64,000 nt of DNA from a virus (lineage: Duplodnaviria; Caudoviricetes). Made by a program: the position numbers and the translations under genes. Location of the stretch: IMG/VR virus record IMGVR_UViG_3300021326_000217, positions 8,688 through 72,687 of that record; one strand, 5' to 3'. The notes under the pieces were generated by a model. That model ran no database searches and was not told the origin of the DNA. It saw only the letters and a list, made by a program, of their open reading frames with translations. Of the stretch, positions 24,162-33,746 are shown in pieces. The first letter of the stretch is position 1. The number at the start of each line of letters is the position of its first letter.

Positions 24162-25532
24162 ATGGGAATTTTTACAGGACTATTCAGGTCAAGAGATAAG
24201 CCGAAGGACAGGACTGTCGGGTCGAGCTACAGCTTTTTCTTTGGCGGCACGACATCGGGCAAATCGGTAAATGAGATGTCCGCCATGCAGATGACAGCTG
24301 TGTATTCATGCGTTAGGATACTTGCCGAAGCTGTCGCAGGGCTTCCGCTCCACCTATACAAGTACAAAGAAAACGGAAGCAAGGAAAAAGCAATAGACCA
24401 TCCGTTATATCGGATACTTCACGATGAGCCGAATCCCGAAATGTCGAGCTTCGTATTCCGTGAAACGCTTATGACCCACCTTCTCTTGTGGGGCAATGCG
24501 TATGCGCAGATTATCCGAAATGGCAAAGGCGAGGTCATCGGTCTTTATCCGCTGATGCCCAACCGAATGTCGGTTGACCGTGATGCGGACGGAAGGCTTT
24601 GGTACACATACACCCGTTCTTCGGAAGAGGCTCCGACCATGAAAGGTACGACCGTGAAGCTCTATCCATACGATGTGCTCCATGTCCCTGGGCTTGGATT
24701 TGACGGACTTGTCGGTTATTCCCCGATAGCAATGGCAAAGAACTCTATCGGTATGGGGATTGCCTGTGAGGAATACGGAGCGAGGTTTTTCGCAAACGGA
24801 GCGGCTCCAAGTGGTGTCTTGGAACACCCAGGGACTATTAAAGACCCGATAAAAATAAGGGACAGTTGGAACGCCACCTTCAAAGGCAGTGGCAACGCTC
24901 ACAAGGTCGCTGTCCTCGAAGAGGGCATGAAATATACACAAATAGGAATATCCCCTGAACAAGCGCAGTTTCTTGAAACGAGGAAATTCCAAATAAATGA
25001 AATAGCTCGAATTTTCAGAGTGCCGCCGCACATGGTCGGTGACCTTGAAAAGTCGAGCTTTTCAAATATAGAGCAACAATCACTTGAATTTGTAAAATAC
25101 ACGCTTGAGCCGTGGATTGTCAGATGGGAGCAGTCTCTTATGCGTGTGCTCCTCTCTCCCGATGAAAAGCAGAAGTATTTTTTCAAATTCAATCTTGAAG
25201 GCTTGCTCCGTGGTGACTACCAAAGCAGGATGCAGGGTTATTCGATTGCAAGGCAGAACGGTTGGATGTCTGCAAACGATATCCGTGAGCTTGAAAATCT
25301 CGACCGAATCCCTGCTGAAGCAGGTGGTGACCTGTATTTAATTAACGGCAATATGCTACCCCTTAATCGGGCAGGGGCGTTTGCCGATGCAGATAATGAT
25401 GAAACCCGAAAGGAGGAAAATCCCGATGAAAACACCCAAGACGAGGAAGTTTTGGAACTGGACAAAGAACGAGGAAACGCAGGAGCGGATTCTTCATCTG
25501 AACGGAACAATCGCAGAGGAAAGTTGGTTTGA
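24162..25532 (+). CDS. Phage portal protein (HK97 family)
   Basis: AVYSCVRILAEAVAGLP, LLLWGNAY, FLETRKFQ..EIARIFRVPP, NDIRELENL. Confidence 0.95.
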   Translation: MGIFTGLFRSRDKPKDRTVGSSYSFFFGGTTSGKSVNEMSAMQMTAVYSCVRILAEAVAGLPLHLYKYKENGSKEKAIDHPLYRILHDEPNPEMSSFVFRETLMTHLLLWGNAYAQIIRNGKGEVIGLYPLMPNRMSVDRDADGRLWYTYTRSSEEAPTMKGTTVKLYPYDVLHVPGLGFDGLVGYSPIAMAKNSIGMGIACEEYGARFFANGAAPSGVLEHPGTIKDPIKIRDSWNATFKGSGNAHKVAVLEEGMKYTQIGISPEQAQFLETRKFQINEIARIFRVPPHMVGDLEKSSFSNIEQQSLEFVKYTLEPWIVRWEQSLMRVLLSPDEKQKYFFKFNLEGLLRGDYQSRMQGYSIARQNGWMSANDIRELENLDRIPAEAGGDLYLINGNMLPLNRAGAFADADNDETRKEENPDENTQDEEVLELDKERGNAGADSSSERNNRRGKLV

Positions 25533-26244
25533 TGACGATGTGACACCTAAAATCTTTGAGGGTGAGCTAAAAGCCGAGGACAGCGATGTCGTTGTTTGGA
25601 TTAACTCGCCAGGCGGCGATTGTTTTGCGGCAAGTCAGATTTACAATATGCTGAAAGAATACAGCGGAAAAGTAACGGTAAAGGTTGATGGAATTGCCGC
25701 TTCTGCCGCTTCGGTCATTGCTATGGCAGGTGACAGCGTTTATGTATCGCCCGTGTCGATGATTATGATTCATAACCCATTGACCGCCGCATTCGGTAAC
25801 GCCGAGGATATGCAAAAGGCAATTGAAATGCTTGATAGCGTAAAAGACAGCATTGTGAACGCATACGAACTCAAAACAGGTCTTTCACGCTCCAAAATCT
25901 CGCACCTTATGGACAACGAGACATGGATGGATGCGTACAAGGCTGTGGAGCTTGGCTTTGCCGATGAGGTGCTGTATGCAAAGGCGAATGAAACAGATGA
26001 GGACGATGATGAGGAGGAGGGTCAGGAGCCTATCCGTAAGCCTCCCGAAAACTCTATGCTGTTTTCTCGCCGTGAAATAAACACAAACATTGTCAATAAG
26101 GTCTCGGAGCATTTCAAAAGTCAGGAACCTGCACCTAAACAGCAGAAGCAACCTATTTCCGAACCGAAGGAACAACCCACCACCAATGAACGCTCTGTTG
26201 ATATGCTCATGGAGCGTTTAGAGCTTATTAAAAAACATATTTAA
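25426..26244 (+). CDS. ClpP-like prohead maturation protease
   Basis: INSPGGD, DGIAASAASVI, MIHNP and ETWMDA motifs; SD AAGGAGG before ATG 25426. Confidence 0.92.
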   Translation: MKTPKTRKFWNWTKNEETQERILHLNGTIAEESWFDDDVTPKIFEGELKAEDSDVVVWINSPGGDCFAASQIYNMLKEYSGKVTVKVDGIAASAASVIAMAGDSVYVSPVSMIMIHNPLTAAFGNAEDMQKAIEMLDSVKDSIVNAYELKTGLSRSKISHLMDNETWMDAYKAVELGFADEVLYAKANETDEDDDEEEGQEPIRKPPENSMLFSRREINTNIVNKVSEHFKSQEPAPKQQKQPISEPKEQPTTNERSVDMLMERLELIKKHI

Positions 26245-26262
26245 CGAGGAGGATTTTATCTT

Positions 26263-27450
26263 ATGACTATTTTAGAACTCAGAGAAAAAAGAAACAAGAC
26301 ATGGGAAGCGGCTAAAGCGTTTCTCGACACACACAGAAACGAAAAAGGCACTCTTTCTGCCGAGGACGATGCGACCTACACCAAGATGGAAAAGGATATG
26401 GAGGACTACGGCAGAGAAATTGCAAGGCTTGAGAGACAGGCGGCACTTGATGCTGAGCTTGCAAAGCCTGTGGGAGAGCCGATTAAAAACACACCTCAAG
26501 GTGTAAAACCCACAAAAGAAGGTCGTGCATCGGACGAGTATAAAAAGCAGTTTTGGAATGTTCTGAAAAGCAAAAACCCTGTGCATGAAGTTGTAAATGC
26601 GCTTCAGGTCGGAACTGACTCCGAAGGTGGCTATCTCGTACCTGACGAATTTGAGCGTACACTTATTCAGGGCTTGGAAGAAGCAAACATCATCAGACAG
26701 CTTGCAAAGGTTATCAATACCGACAGCGGCGAACGTTTAATCCCTGTTGTAGCTTCTCATGGCAGTGCGGCTTGGCTTGCAGAGGAATCTGCCCTCACCG
26801 AAAGCGATGATGTTTTCGGTCAGGTAACGCTCGGTGCGCATAAACTCGGTACTCTGATTAAAGTTTCCAACGAACTCTTGAGCGACAGTGTGTTTGACCT
26901 TGAAAGCTATCTGTCGAGCGAATTTGCAAGACGAATCGGTAATACCGAGGAAGATGCATTTATTAATGGTAACGGCACAAACAAACCTACGGGGCTTATC
27001 ACAGGCGCATCTGCAGGTGTAACAACGGCGGCGGCTACTGCTATTACCCTTGATGAAATCATCGACCTTTACCATTCACTTAAAACACCGTACAGAAAGA
27101 ATGCATCCTTTATTATGAACGATGCAACCATTAAGGTAATTCGTAAAATGAAGGACGAAAACGGTCAGTATTTGTGGCAACCATCTGTAAGAGATGGTGA
27201 GCCTGACACGCTTCTCGGCAGACCGCTATATGCTTCTTCGTATATGCCCACCATCGCCGCATCCAAAGTGCCGATTATTTTCGGTGACTATTCATATTAT
27301 TGGATTGCCGACCGTCAGGGCAGAGTGTTCAAGAGACTGAACGAACTGTATGCAGGAAACGACCAGACAGGCTTCCTTGCCACACAGCGTGTTGACGGCA
27401 AGCTCACACTTTCCGAGGCGGTTAAGAAGCTCACGATGAAAGCATCGTAA
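26263..27450 (+). CDS. Major capsid protein (HK97 fold)
   Basis: EGGYLVPDEFE, GNGTNKPTG, GQYLWQPS...LLGRP, FGDYSYY. Confidence 0.95.
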   Translation: MTILELREKRNKTWEAAKAFLDTHRNEKGTLSAEDDATYTKMEKDMEDYGREIARLERQAALDAELAKPVGEPIKNTPQGVKPTKEGRASDEYKKQFWNVLKSKNPVHEVVNALQVGTDSEGGYLVPDEFERTLIQGLEEANIIRQLAKVINTDSGERLIPVVASHGSAAWLAEESALTESDDVFGQVTLGAHKLGTLIKVSNELLSDSVFDLESYLSSEFARRIGNTEEDAFINGNGTNKPTGLITGASAGVTTAAATAITLDEIIDLYHSLKTPYRKNASFIMNDATIKVIRKMKDENGQYLWQPSVRDGEPDTLLGRPLYASSYMPTIAASKVPIIFGDYSYYWIADRQGRVFKRLNELYAGNDQTGFLATQRVDGKLTLSEAVKKLTMKAS

Positions 27451-27465
27451 TTGGGGGCGTGAACA

Positions 27466-27645
27466 ATGAAAATACGAATTACAAAAAGCTGTGCAGGTGA
27501 TACCTTCAGTTTTATCGCAAATCAGACAGCCGATGTAGATGACAACATCGGTGCAGATTTGGTTTCTGCAGGATATGCAGAGGAAATCAAGGAAGCGAAA
27601 CCTGCCGCTTCAAAGGCAGGTGCAAAAAAGAATGCTGACGCTTGA
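27466..27645 (+). CDS. Small head-associated protein (59 aa)
   Basis: Own translation MKIRITKSCAG...LVSAGYAEEIKEAKPAASK; lies between capsid and connector genes. Confidence 0.65.
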   Translation: MKIRITKSCAGDTFSFIANQTADVDDNIGADLVSAGYAEEIKEAKPAASKAGAKKNADA

Positions 27646-27889
27646 TTTTGTAAAAGAATTTCTGCGAATTGACCATGACAGCGAGGACGGGTATCTATCC
27701 GTCCTCATTCTTTTAGCAAAGGAACTATGCGAAAACTATCTGCGCCATGAACTTCCGGATGAGCGTAAAGAGCCTATCGAACAGGCGCAGCTTTTGGTTA
27801 TATCACATTTTTACGAAAACAGAAGCGGTGCGCCGATACCCGATGCTGTTTACAGGCTTTTGGACGCATACAGAAACGAGGTGTTTTGA
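27632..27889 (+). CDS. Head-tail connector (gp6-like)
   Basis: MLTLDFVKEFLRIDHDSED...SHFYENRS. Confidence 0.85.
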   Translation: MLTLDFVKEFLRIDHDSEDGYLSVLILLAKELCENYLRHELPDERKEPIEQAQLLVISHFYENRSGAPIPDAVYRLLDAYRNEVF

Positions 27890-28381
27890 TTGAACTTTTC
27901 TAAATTACGGCACAGGATCATATTCCTTCGTCCGACAGATGAAGTGACAAATTCTATGGGCGAAACCATACCGAAGTATAAACCTTTCAAGCCTTATTTA
28001 CCCTTGCCGTTGCAAATAGAAAATGAGCGTGTGTATCTCTCGCACGATGATGACGGTAACGCAATCTTGATTGATGAGGACGGACAGCCTATCGCTCATA
28101 AGCTCGCACTTAAAGACTACTCTGTAGCGGCTCTTGTCGCTCCGATGAGCGGACGGGAATACGAGGAAAGTCAAAAGCTCCGTGCAGAAACAACATACAA
28201 AATATCTACACGCTTCTTTCGTGGCATCAAAGCCGAACATCGCATTCTTTACGACAACCGTGAATTTGATATCGTTTCGGTGCTTGACCTCGGCGGCAAG
28301 CACGATGAGCTACAAATCATCGCCACAGAGCATGACAGCAAAACAGCACAGACTTTTGGTAGCGGTGATTACGATGGCTAA
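27890..28381 (+). CDS. Head closure / head-tail adaptor
   Basis: LRHRIIF...APMSGREY...TYKISTRF...HRILYDNREFDIVSV. Confidence 0.85.
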   Translation: MNFSKLRHRIIFLRPTDEVTNSMGETIPKYKPFKPYLPLPLQIENERVYLSHDDDGNAILIDEDGQPIAHKLALKDYSVAALVAPMSGREYEESQKLRAETTYKISTRFFRGIKAEHRILYDNREFDIVSVLDLGGKHDELQIIATEHDSKTAQTFGSGDYDG

Positions 28382-28841
28382 AAACAGTGATACATTCGGT
28401 TTCGAGGATTTGGAAAAAACCTTCAAGAGGATTGAGAGTAAATACAAATCCAAAGGTGATGCCTTTTTAATGAGTATGGCTCGTGTTGCGGCTACGAGAA
28501 CGAAGTCGAAAACACCTGTGGGCAAAACAAAGAAGCTAAAAGGTACTTGGCGCACCAAGAAGCCCAAGACCTACGGCAAGGCTCGTGTTGCTCGTATGCA
28601 GTCGGCAAACCGGTATGCTCACCTTGTTGAGCGAGGGCATGAGGTTGTTCATGGTGGCAGTACAAGAGCCTCAAACGGCAGAAAACTTAACGCTTTGGGA
28701 CGAAAGGTGCGTGGCGTTTCAGTAGACGGTCGTACACAGGGCGCACACATGATTTCCGAGGCTATGAATGATATAGAAGCAACATTCGGAAAATCGGCAG
28801 AAAAACTGCTTGACGAACTGACGAAAGAGGTGCAGTTGTGA
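28374..28841 (+). CDS. HK97 gp10-like tail completion protein
   Basis: SKTPVGKT..LKGTW...YAHLVERGH; start ATG 28374. Confidence 0.8.
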   Translation: MAKNSDTFGFEDLEKTFKRIESKYKSKGDAFLMSMARVAATRTKSKTPVGKTKKLKGTWRTKKPKTYGKARVARMQSANRYAHLVERGHEVVHGGSTRASNGRKLNALGRKVRGVSVDGRTQGAHMISEAMNDIEATFGKSAEKLLDELTKEVQL

Positions 28842-29293
28842 TTACGATAAAAGATATACAAACGGCTGTTTCAAAAAAGCTGAAGGATAACGGTTATACG
28901 GTGTTTGCTTCCGAGGTCAAAGAGGGGTTTCAAAAACCTGCTTGCTTTGTGGATGTATTACCTGCTTCGATAGAACTTCAGAATGTTTATACCGAACTTG
29001 TAACCGACAGCATTGAAATCTCCTTTTTCCCTTCCGTTGAAACACGGGAGGAACTTGTGAAAAACGCAGAGCGTTTCAAACAAATATTTCTATACTCCAC
29101 CATTGCCATAAACGACAGGTTTCTATCTATCAATGAAATTACCTTTGATTATGAGAAACCTGCGCTTGTGGCAACTTTTGATTTGGAGTATTTGCAGGAA
29201 ACCGACATAGATATTCCCTCTATGCCGAAAATGAAAAATCTATCAGAAAAGGTGGTGACGGAATCTCATGGGACTTCCGAAAATAATCATTGA
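28838..29293 (+). CDS. Tail terminator-like protein
   Basis: Position between gp10-like and sheath genes; EVKEGFQKPACFV. Confidence 0.7.
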   Translation: MITIKDIQTAVSKKLKDNGYTVFASEVKEGFQKPACFVDVLPASIELQNVYTELVTDSIEISFFPSVETREELVKNAERFKQIFLYSTIAINDRFLSINEITFDYEKPALVATFDLEYLQETDIDIPSMPKMKNLSEKVVTESHGTSENNH

Positions 29294-30323
29294 ATTTAAA
29301 AAGCTCGCTGAAACCCTTATTACAAGAAGTGAGCGTGGGATTGTTGCGATTATCGTAAGGGATAACAGCAACACGAGAACAAGCTATGCTTTCTCAAATG
29401 AAAACGAGGTCGTAAAAAGCCATTTTACGGCAAATAATCTGTCGTATCTTCACTTAGCATTCCTCGGCTCTCCGTCAAAGGTGCTTGTTGAGCGAATCGG
29501 TACAGAGGATACGCTTGATGAGGTTTTGGAGCGGCTGAAAATCAAGAAATGGAACTATCTGACTATGCCCGATGCAACAAGCAATGAAGCGGTCGCTTTG
29601 GCAAATTTCGTTATTGAACAGCGTGACACCTACCATAAAACCTTTAAATTGGTAGCGGCAAATACGGCTTCTAACCATGAAGGCGTTATCAACTTCACAA
29701 CCGCAGAAATCAAGGTGGAATCAAAAACATATACGACAGCAGGTTTCTGTACGAGAATCGCAGGTGTCCTTGCAGGAATGCCTGTCAACCGAAGTGCGAC
29801 ATACTTTGTCCTTCCCGAAGTTGACAGCATAGAGGAAAGTCAAACGCCTGATGCCGATATTGACCTCGGACAGCTTATTCTCATAAATGACGGCACGAAA
29901 ATCAAAATCGCAAGGGGCGTTAATTCCCTTACAACCACAACCGATGCAAAGAGCGAGGATTTCAAGAAAATTAAAATCATTGAAGCGGTTGATATGATAA
30001 GGGACGATATCCGCACAACCTTCGAGGACGATTTTGTCGGTAAGGTCGAAAATTCCTATGATAACAAAATCGTGTTCTTGGCGGCGGTCAATAAATATTT
30101 CCGTGACCTTGCATCCCAGGGCGTATTATACGACCAGTTTGATAACAAGGCTGAAATCGATATTGAAGGCAATCGTGAATGGCTTTCCTTGCACAAGGAT
30201 GTATCCGCTTGGGATGATGAGAAAATCAAGACCGCAAACACGGGTACTAATGTATTTGTGAAAGCAAATATTCAGGTGCAGGATGCGATTGAGGACTTGA
30301 ACTTTAATGTCTATATGGAGTAA
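29268..30323 (+). CDS. Tail sheath protein (XkdK-like)
   Basis: MGLPKIIIEF, RIAGVLAG, IKIARGVNSL, KKIKIIEAVD, DAIEDL. Confidence 0.9.
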   Translation: MGLPKIIIEFKKLAETLITRSERGIVAIIVRDNSNTRTSYAFSNENEVVKSHFTANNLSYLHLAFLGSPSKVLVERIGTEDTLDEVLERLKIKKWNYLTMPDATSNEAVALANFVIEQRDTYHKTFKLVAANTASNHEGVINFTTAEIKVESKTYTTAGFCTRIAGVLAGMPVNRSATYFVLPEVDSIEESQTPDADIDLGQLILINDGTKIKIARGVNSLTTTTDAKSEDFKKIKIIEAVDMIRDDIRTTFEDDFVGKVENSYDNKIVFLAAVNKYFRDLASQGVLYDQFDNKAEIDIEGNREWLSLHKDVSAWDDEKIKTANTGTNVFVKANIQVQDAIEDLNFNVYME

Positions 30324-30338
30324 AGGAGGTAACGGACT

Positions 30339-30779
30339 ATGGCAGTAAAACCCACAGCACCCCGTGTTATGAACGGTAAATGGGGCATGGTTTATTTAGA
30401 TGGTGAGCCTGTCTATGAGACTGATTCATACGAGGCAAAGCTGACAATTGAACGTGAGGATGTGGACTTTGTCGGGCAGATGGCGAAGGACTCCAAAATG
30501 ACAGGACTAACGGGCGAATGGAGCATGAAGGTTAAAAAGGTCTTTTCGAGGGGCGCACAGCTTCTTTCCGAAAAGATAAAGAAAGGTCACGATGTGCGCA
30601 TTCAGATTATTTCAAAAATTGATGACCCTGATGCCTATGGCTCGGAACGCCTTGTTGTTGAGAATGCGTGGTTTAACGACCTTACGCTTCAGAAGTTTGA
30701 GAACGGGAAAATGATTGATGAGGAGTATTCAGGTGGCTTCACCGATTATTACTTCCCCGATTTAGTGAAAGTGAGGTAG
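30339..30779 (+). CDS. Tail tube protein (XkdM-like)
   Basis: VMNGKWG, SKIDDPDAYGSER, WFNDLTL. Confidence 0.9.
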   Translation: MAVKPTAPRVMNGKWGMVYLDGEPVYETDSYEAKLTIEREDVDFVGQMAKDSKMTGLTGEWSMKVKKVFSRGAQLLSEKIKKGHDVRIQIISKIDDPDAYGSERLVVENAWFNDLTLQKFENGKMIDEEYSGGFTDYYFPDLVKVR

Positions 30780-30785
30780 ACGAAA

Positions 30786-31163
30786 ATGAACAAGAATGCA
30801 AAAATCACTCTGCAGGAGCTTATAAAAAGAAAAGAGCAGATGCTTGAGAGCAAGAACAAGCTGAAAACAAAGGAACTGTATATTTCGTCTTTGGACGGTA
30901 CTATCACCGTTGAATGTCCGACCTCGGCTATGGCAAAGGAAGCGCAGGAAATGGACAACGGCGATGCGTACATGGTTTACGAGTGCGTTAAGGAGCCGTG
31001 CTTAAAGTCAAAGGAACTTCGTGATGCTTTCGGATGCATTGAGCCTATGGAGATTGTCGAAAAGATATTTGATGCAGGTGAAATTCCGCAGATTGCTCTT
31101 GAGTGCTTAAAGCTCGCTGGGTATGTTGACTCTGTTAAGGCGGTTGACGATATAAAAAACTGA
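30786..31163 (+). CDS. Tail assembly chaperone (XkdN-like)
   Basis: LYISSLDGTI...EPCLKSKEL...IFDAGEI; ends on the slippery sequence A AAA AAC. Confidence 0.85.
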   Translation: MNKNAKITLQELIKRKEQMLESKNKLKTKELYISSLDGTITVECPTSAMAKEAQEMDNGDAYMVYECVKEPCLKSKELRDAFGCIEPMEIVEKIFDAGEIPQIALECLKLAGYVDSVKAVDDIKN

Positions 31164-31333
31164 TAAGAAGTGACGGAGAACTCGGTATGCTCTGTCACTT
31201 CTTAAATCGTGGCATTTTGCCTGAACATATTATAAATCTCCCGTTTGCCGAAAAAGTCTTTTATAAAGGCTGCTATGAAATATTCGTGGAGGATGAATAC
31301 GAGAAAACAAAGGCACTTGCAGGAGGTGGTTAA
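31154..31333 (+). CDS. -1 frameshift extension of the tail chaperone (gpGT-like); internal ATG at 31187
   Basis: Heptamer AAAAAAC at 31154-31160; the -1 frame is open to TAA at 31331-31333. Confidence 0.75.
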   Translation, partial: KKLIRSDGELGMLCHFLNRGILPEHIINLPFAEKVFYKGCYEIFVEDEYEKTKALAGGG

Positions 31334-31335
31334 CA

Positions 31336-33339
31336 GTGGCTAAAAATATAGGCGCAACATTATCTTTGAAGGACAATAACTTTTTTACCACTATCAAGAA
31401 CGCCACCAACTCGTTAAACGGTTTTCAGAAGCATACGACCAATGCGACAGGCAACCTCAAAAAAATGGGAACACAGGGAAAAGCAACAGGTGATTCCCTC
31501 GCTTCTCTTGCAAAAAAGGCACTCGGTGTTGTTGCGGCTTATGCTTCGTTCAGGCAGGTTATTTCAATCGGAAAAGAATGCGTAGAGCTTGCGCAGAAAG
31601 CCGAGGAAGCTAATGTCCGCTTAAATACCATAATGGATCAGATCCCCGGCATAACGGGCAAAGCGAAAGAGAGCGTGGCAAGCCTCTGCAAAGAGATGTC
31701 ACAACAGACCACCATAGGAGCAACAGCACAAAAATCAGGTGCCTCACAGCTTGCATCGTTCCAAATGTCAGCGGACAGTATTGAAAAGCTCCTGCCTCAG
31801 TTAAACAACTTGGCTGTCGCAAACTACGGTGTGAATGTAACTTCAGACCAAATGATACAGTCGGCGAATATGCTCGGTAAGGCGTACAGCGGTCAAACAG
31901 GTGCTCTCTCCCGTGCAGGTATCGTTATGACGGACGCACAGGCTAAAATCTTAAAGACGGGTGACGATGCACAAAAGAGTGCGGCACTCGTTGAGATACT
32001 GCAACAGAACTTTGGTGACCTCGCAAAAGAGATGGCAAACACCAATGAAGGACGGATTATAAGGCTTAAAAATGCTGTGGCAGGTATTAAGGTTACTGTC
32101 GGTCAGGCTCTGCTTCCTGCCGTCACTACCATAGTCGGTTATGTGGCGGACAAAATCCCGACCATAATGAATTTGGTTGAAAGAGCAATCGAAAAAGTAA
32201 AAGTGCCTTTGATTTGGCTAAAAGACAACGCTCTCCCTCCGCTTATTTCCGCTTTCGGTGCTGTAAAGGATTATGTGGTTGATGCCTTTGATAACATCAA
32301 GGGTGCAATCGAACAAAACAGCGATAAAATTAACGGTTTGGGAACAGTTGCTACAAATATAGGAACACTACTCAAAAAGGCATTTGAACTGTGCAAGCCT
32401 ACTCTTATTTGGATTAAGGATACGGCTCTCCCTGGGCTTGTAGGCGTGTTTGGAACGGTGCTGAATGCCATAACTGGAATAGCAAATTTCTTTGTTAATA
32501 ATTGGAGCCTGATTGCTCCGATTATCGCAGGAATAACGGGTGCAATTCTCGCCTATAAAGCGATTGTTGTTGTCGTTAATGTAGTGACAAAAATATGGAC
32601 GGTCGCACAAATGGTTTTAAATGCTGTTTTAACGGCTAACCCGATAGGCATTATCATTGTTGCAATCGGCGCACTCATCGCCATAGCTGTTGCTCTTTGG
32701 ATGAATTGGGACAGCATTTGTCAGTGGTGTATGACAGCATTCGGTGCGGTCAAAGACTTTTTTGTTTCAGTCGGCACGGCAATCGGTGATTTCTTTGTCG
32801 GACTTTGGAGCGGCATCAAGGACACGGCGGTTTCGGTTTGGACGGGCATAACAGGCTTTTTATCGGGTGCTTGGAACACGATTTCAAGTGCGGTCACATC
32901 TGTCTTTTCCGCTATCGGAAACACCATCAAAAATGTATGGAACGGCATTGTAAATACGATTAAAGGCGCAATCAATAAAATCATCGGCGGCATCAACGGC
33001 ATGATACGAGGAGCCGTAAACGGCATTAACGGATTGATTAATGGCATCAATGCCGTTACAGGTGCTGTCGGTATTCCTGCTATTCCCACCTTTACTGCGC
33101 CGCAAATACCTATGCTTGCAAACGGTGGTATTCTGCGAACGGCAGGTAGTGTAATTGTAGGCGAAAAGGGTGCGGAAATGCTCACACTACCGAAAGGCGC
33201 ACAGGTTACTCCGCTTAATAAGACAACAAACACAAACAATAATGTCTTTTATATCACTGTGAACGCAGACGGGAAACCTGTAGATACCATTGTAAACGAG
33301 CTTGTGCCGAAGTTAAAACTCGCACTTGCAAATCTGTAA
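31336..33339 (+). CDS. Tape measure protein
   Basis: Ala/Gly-rich helical protein, ANPIGIII motif, Trp-periodic repeats, LANGG C-terminus. Confidence 0.9.
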   Translation: MAKNIGATLSLKDNNFFTTIKNATNSLNGFQKHTTNATGNLKKMGTQGKATGDSLASLAKKALGVVAAYASFRQVISIGKECVELAQKAEEANVRLNTIMDQIPGITGKAKESVASLCKEMSQQTTIGATAQKSGASQLASFQMSADSIEKLLPQLNNLAVANYGVNVTSDQMIQSANMLGKAYSGQTGALSRAGIVMTDAQAKILKTGDDAQKSAALVEILQQNFGDLAKEMANTNEGRIIRLKNAVAGIKVTVGQALLPAVTTIVGYVADKIPTIMNLVERAIEKVKVPLIWLKDNALPPLISAFGAVKDYVVDAFDNIKGAIEQNSDKINGLGTVATNIGTLLKKAFELCKPTLIWIKDTALPGLVGVFGTVLNAITGIANFFVNNWSLIAPIIAGITGAILAYKAIVVVVNVVTKIWTVAQMVLNAVLTANPIGIIIVAIGALIAIAVALWMNWDSICQWCMTAFGAVKDFFVSVGTAIGDFFVGLWSGIKDTAVSVWTGITGFLSGAWNTISSAVTSVFSAIGNTIKNVWNGIVNTIKGAINKIIGGINGMIRGAVNGINGLINGINAVTGAVGIPAIPTFTAPQIPMLANGGILRTAGSVIVGEKGAEMLTLPKGAQVTPLNKTTNTNNNVFYITVNADGKPVDTIVNELVPKLKLALANL

Positions 33340-33350
33340 GGAGGGATTTT

Positions 33351-33746
33351 GTGGACATATACTTAAGCGTTAATAACCGTGAACAGGTTATCTGCCTTCC
33401 TGTCCTGCCCTCCGAGTTTACCGTATCGAAGCCCCGCTCGAATGAGGTGTTTGAAACGGTGTCGCAGGGCGAGCTTAACCTTATCGGTAAAAGCCAGTTA
33501 AAAAGCATATCATGGGATAGCTTCTTTCCTTCAAAGGACTATCCCTTTTTGCGTGACAGAAACTATACGGCTTTCGGTTACCTCTATTTGCTTGACACAT
33601 GGTATGAGCAGAAGCTCCCGATGCGGCTCATCATTACCGAAACACCAATCAATATGGCTTGCACCATAGAGAGCTTTTCCTATACCATTAAGAAAGACGG
33701 CGATATGCATTACAGCATAACGCTCTCGGAGGTGAAGTTAATCTAA
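33351..33746 (+). CDS. Baseplate/tube initiator (XkdP-like, no LysM seen)
   Basis: LPVLPSEF...ISWDSFFP...DMHYSITLSE. Confidence 0.75.
   Translation: MDIYLSVNNREQVICLPVLPSEFTVSKPRSNEVFETVSQGELNLIGKSQLKSISWDSFFPSKDYPFLRDRNYTAFGYLYLLDTWYEQKLPMRLIITETPINMACTIESFSYTIKKDGDMHYSITLSEVKLI

Noticed and set aside
27960-28120. Apparent ~40-aa insertion in the head-closure protein as an intein or mobile insert
   Set aside because: Too short and lacking intein motifs (no C-terminal HN); likely a surface loop
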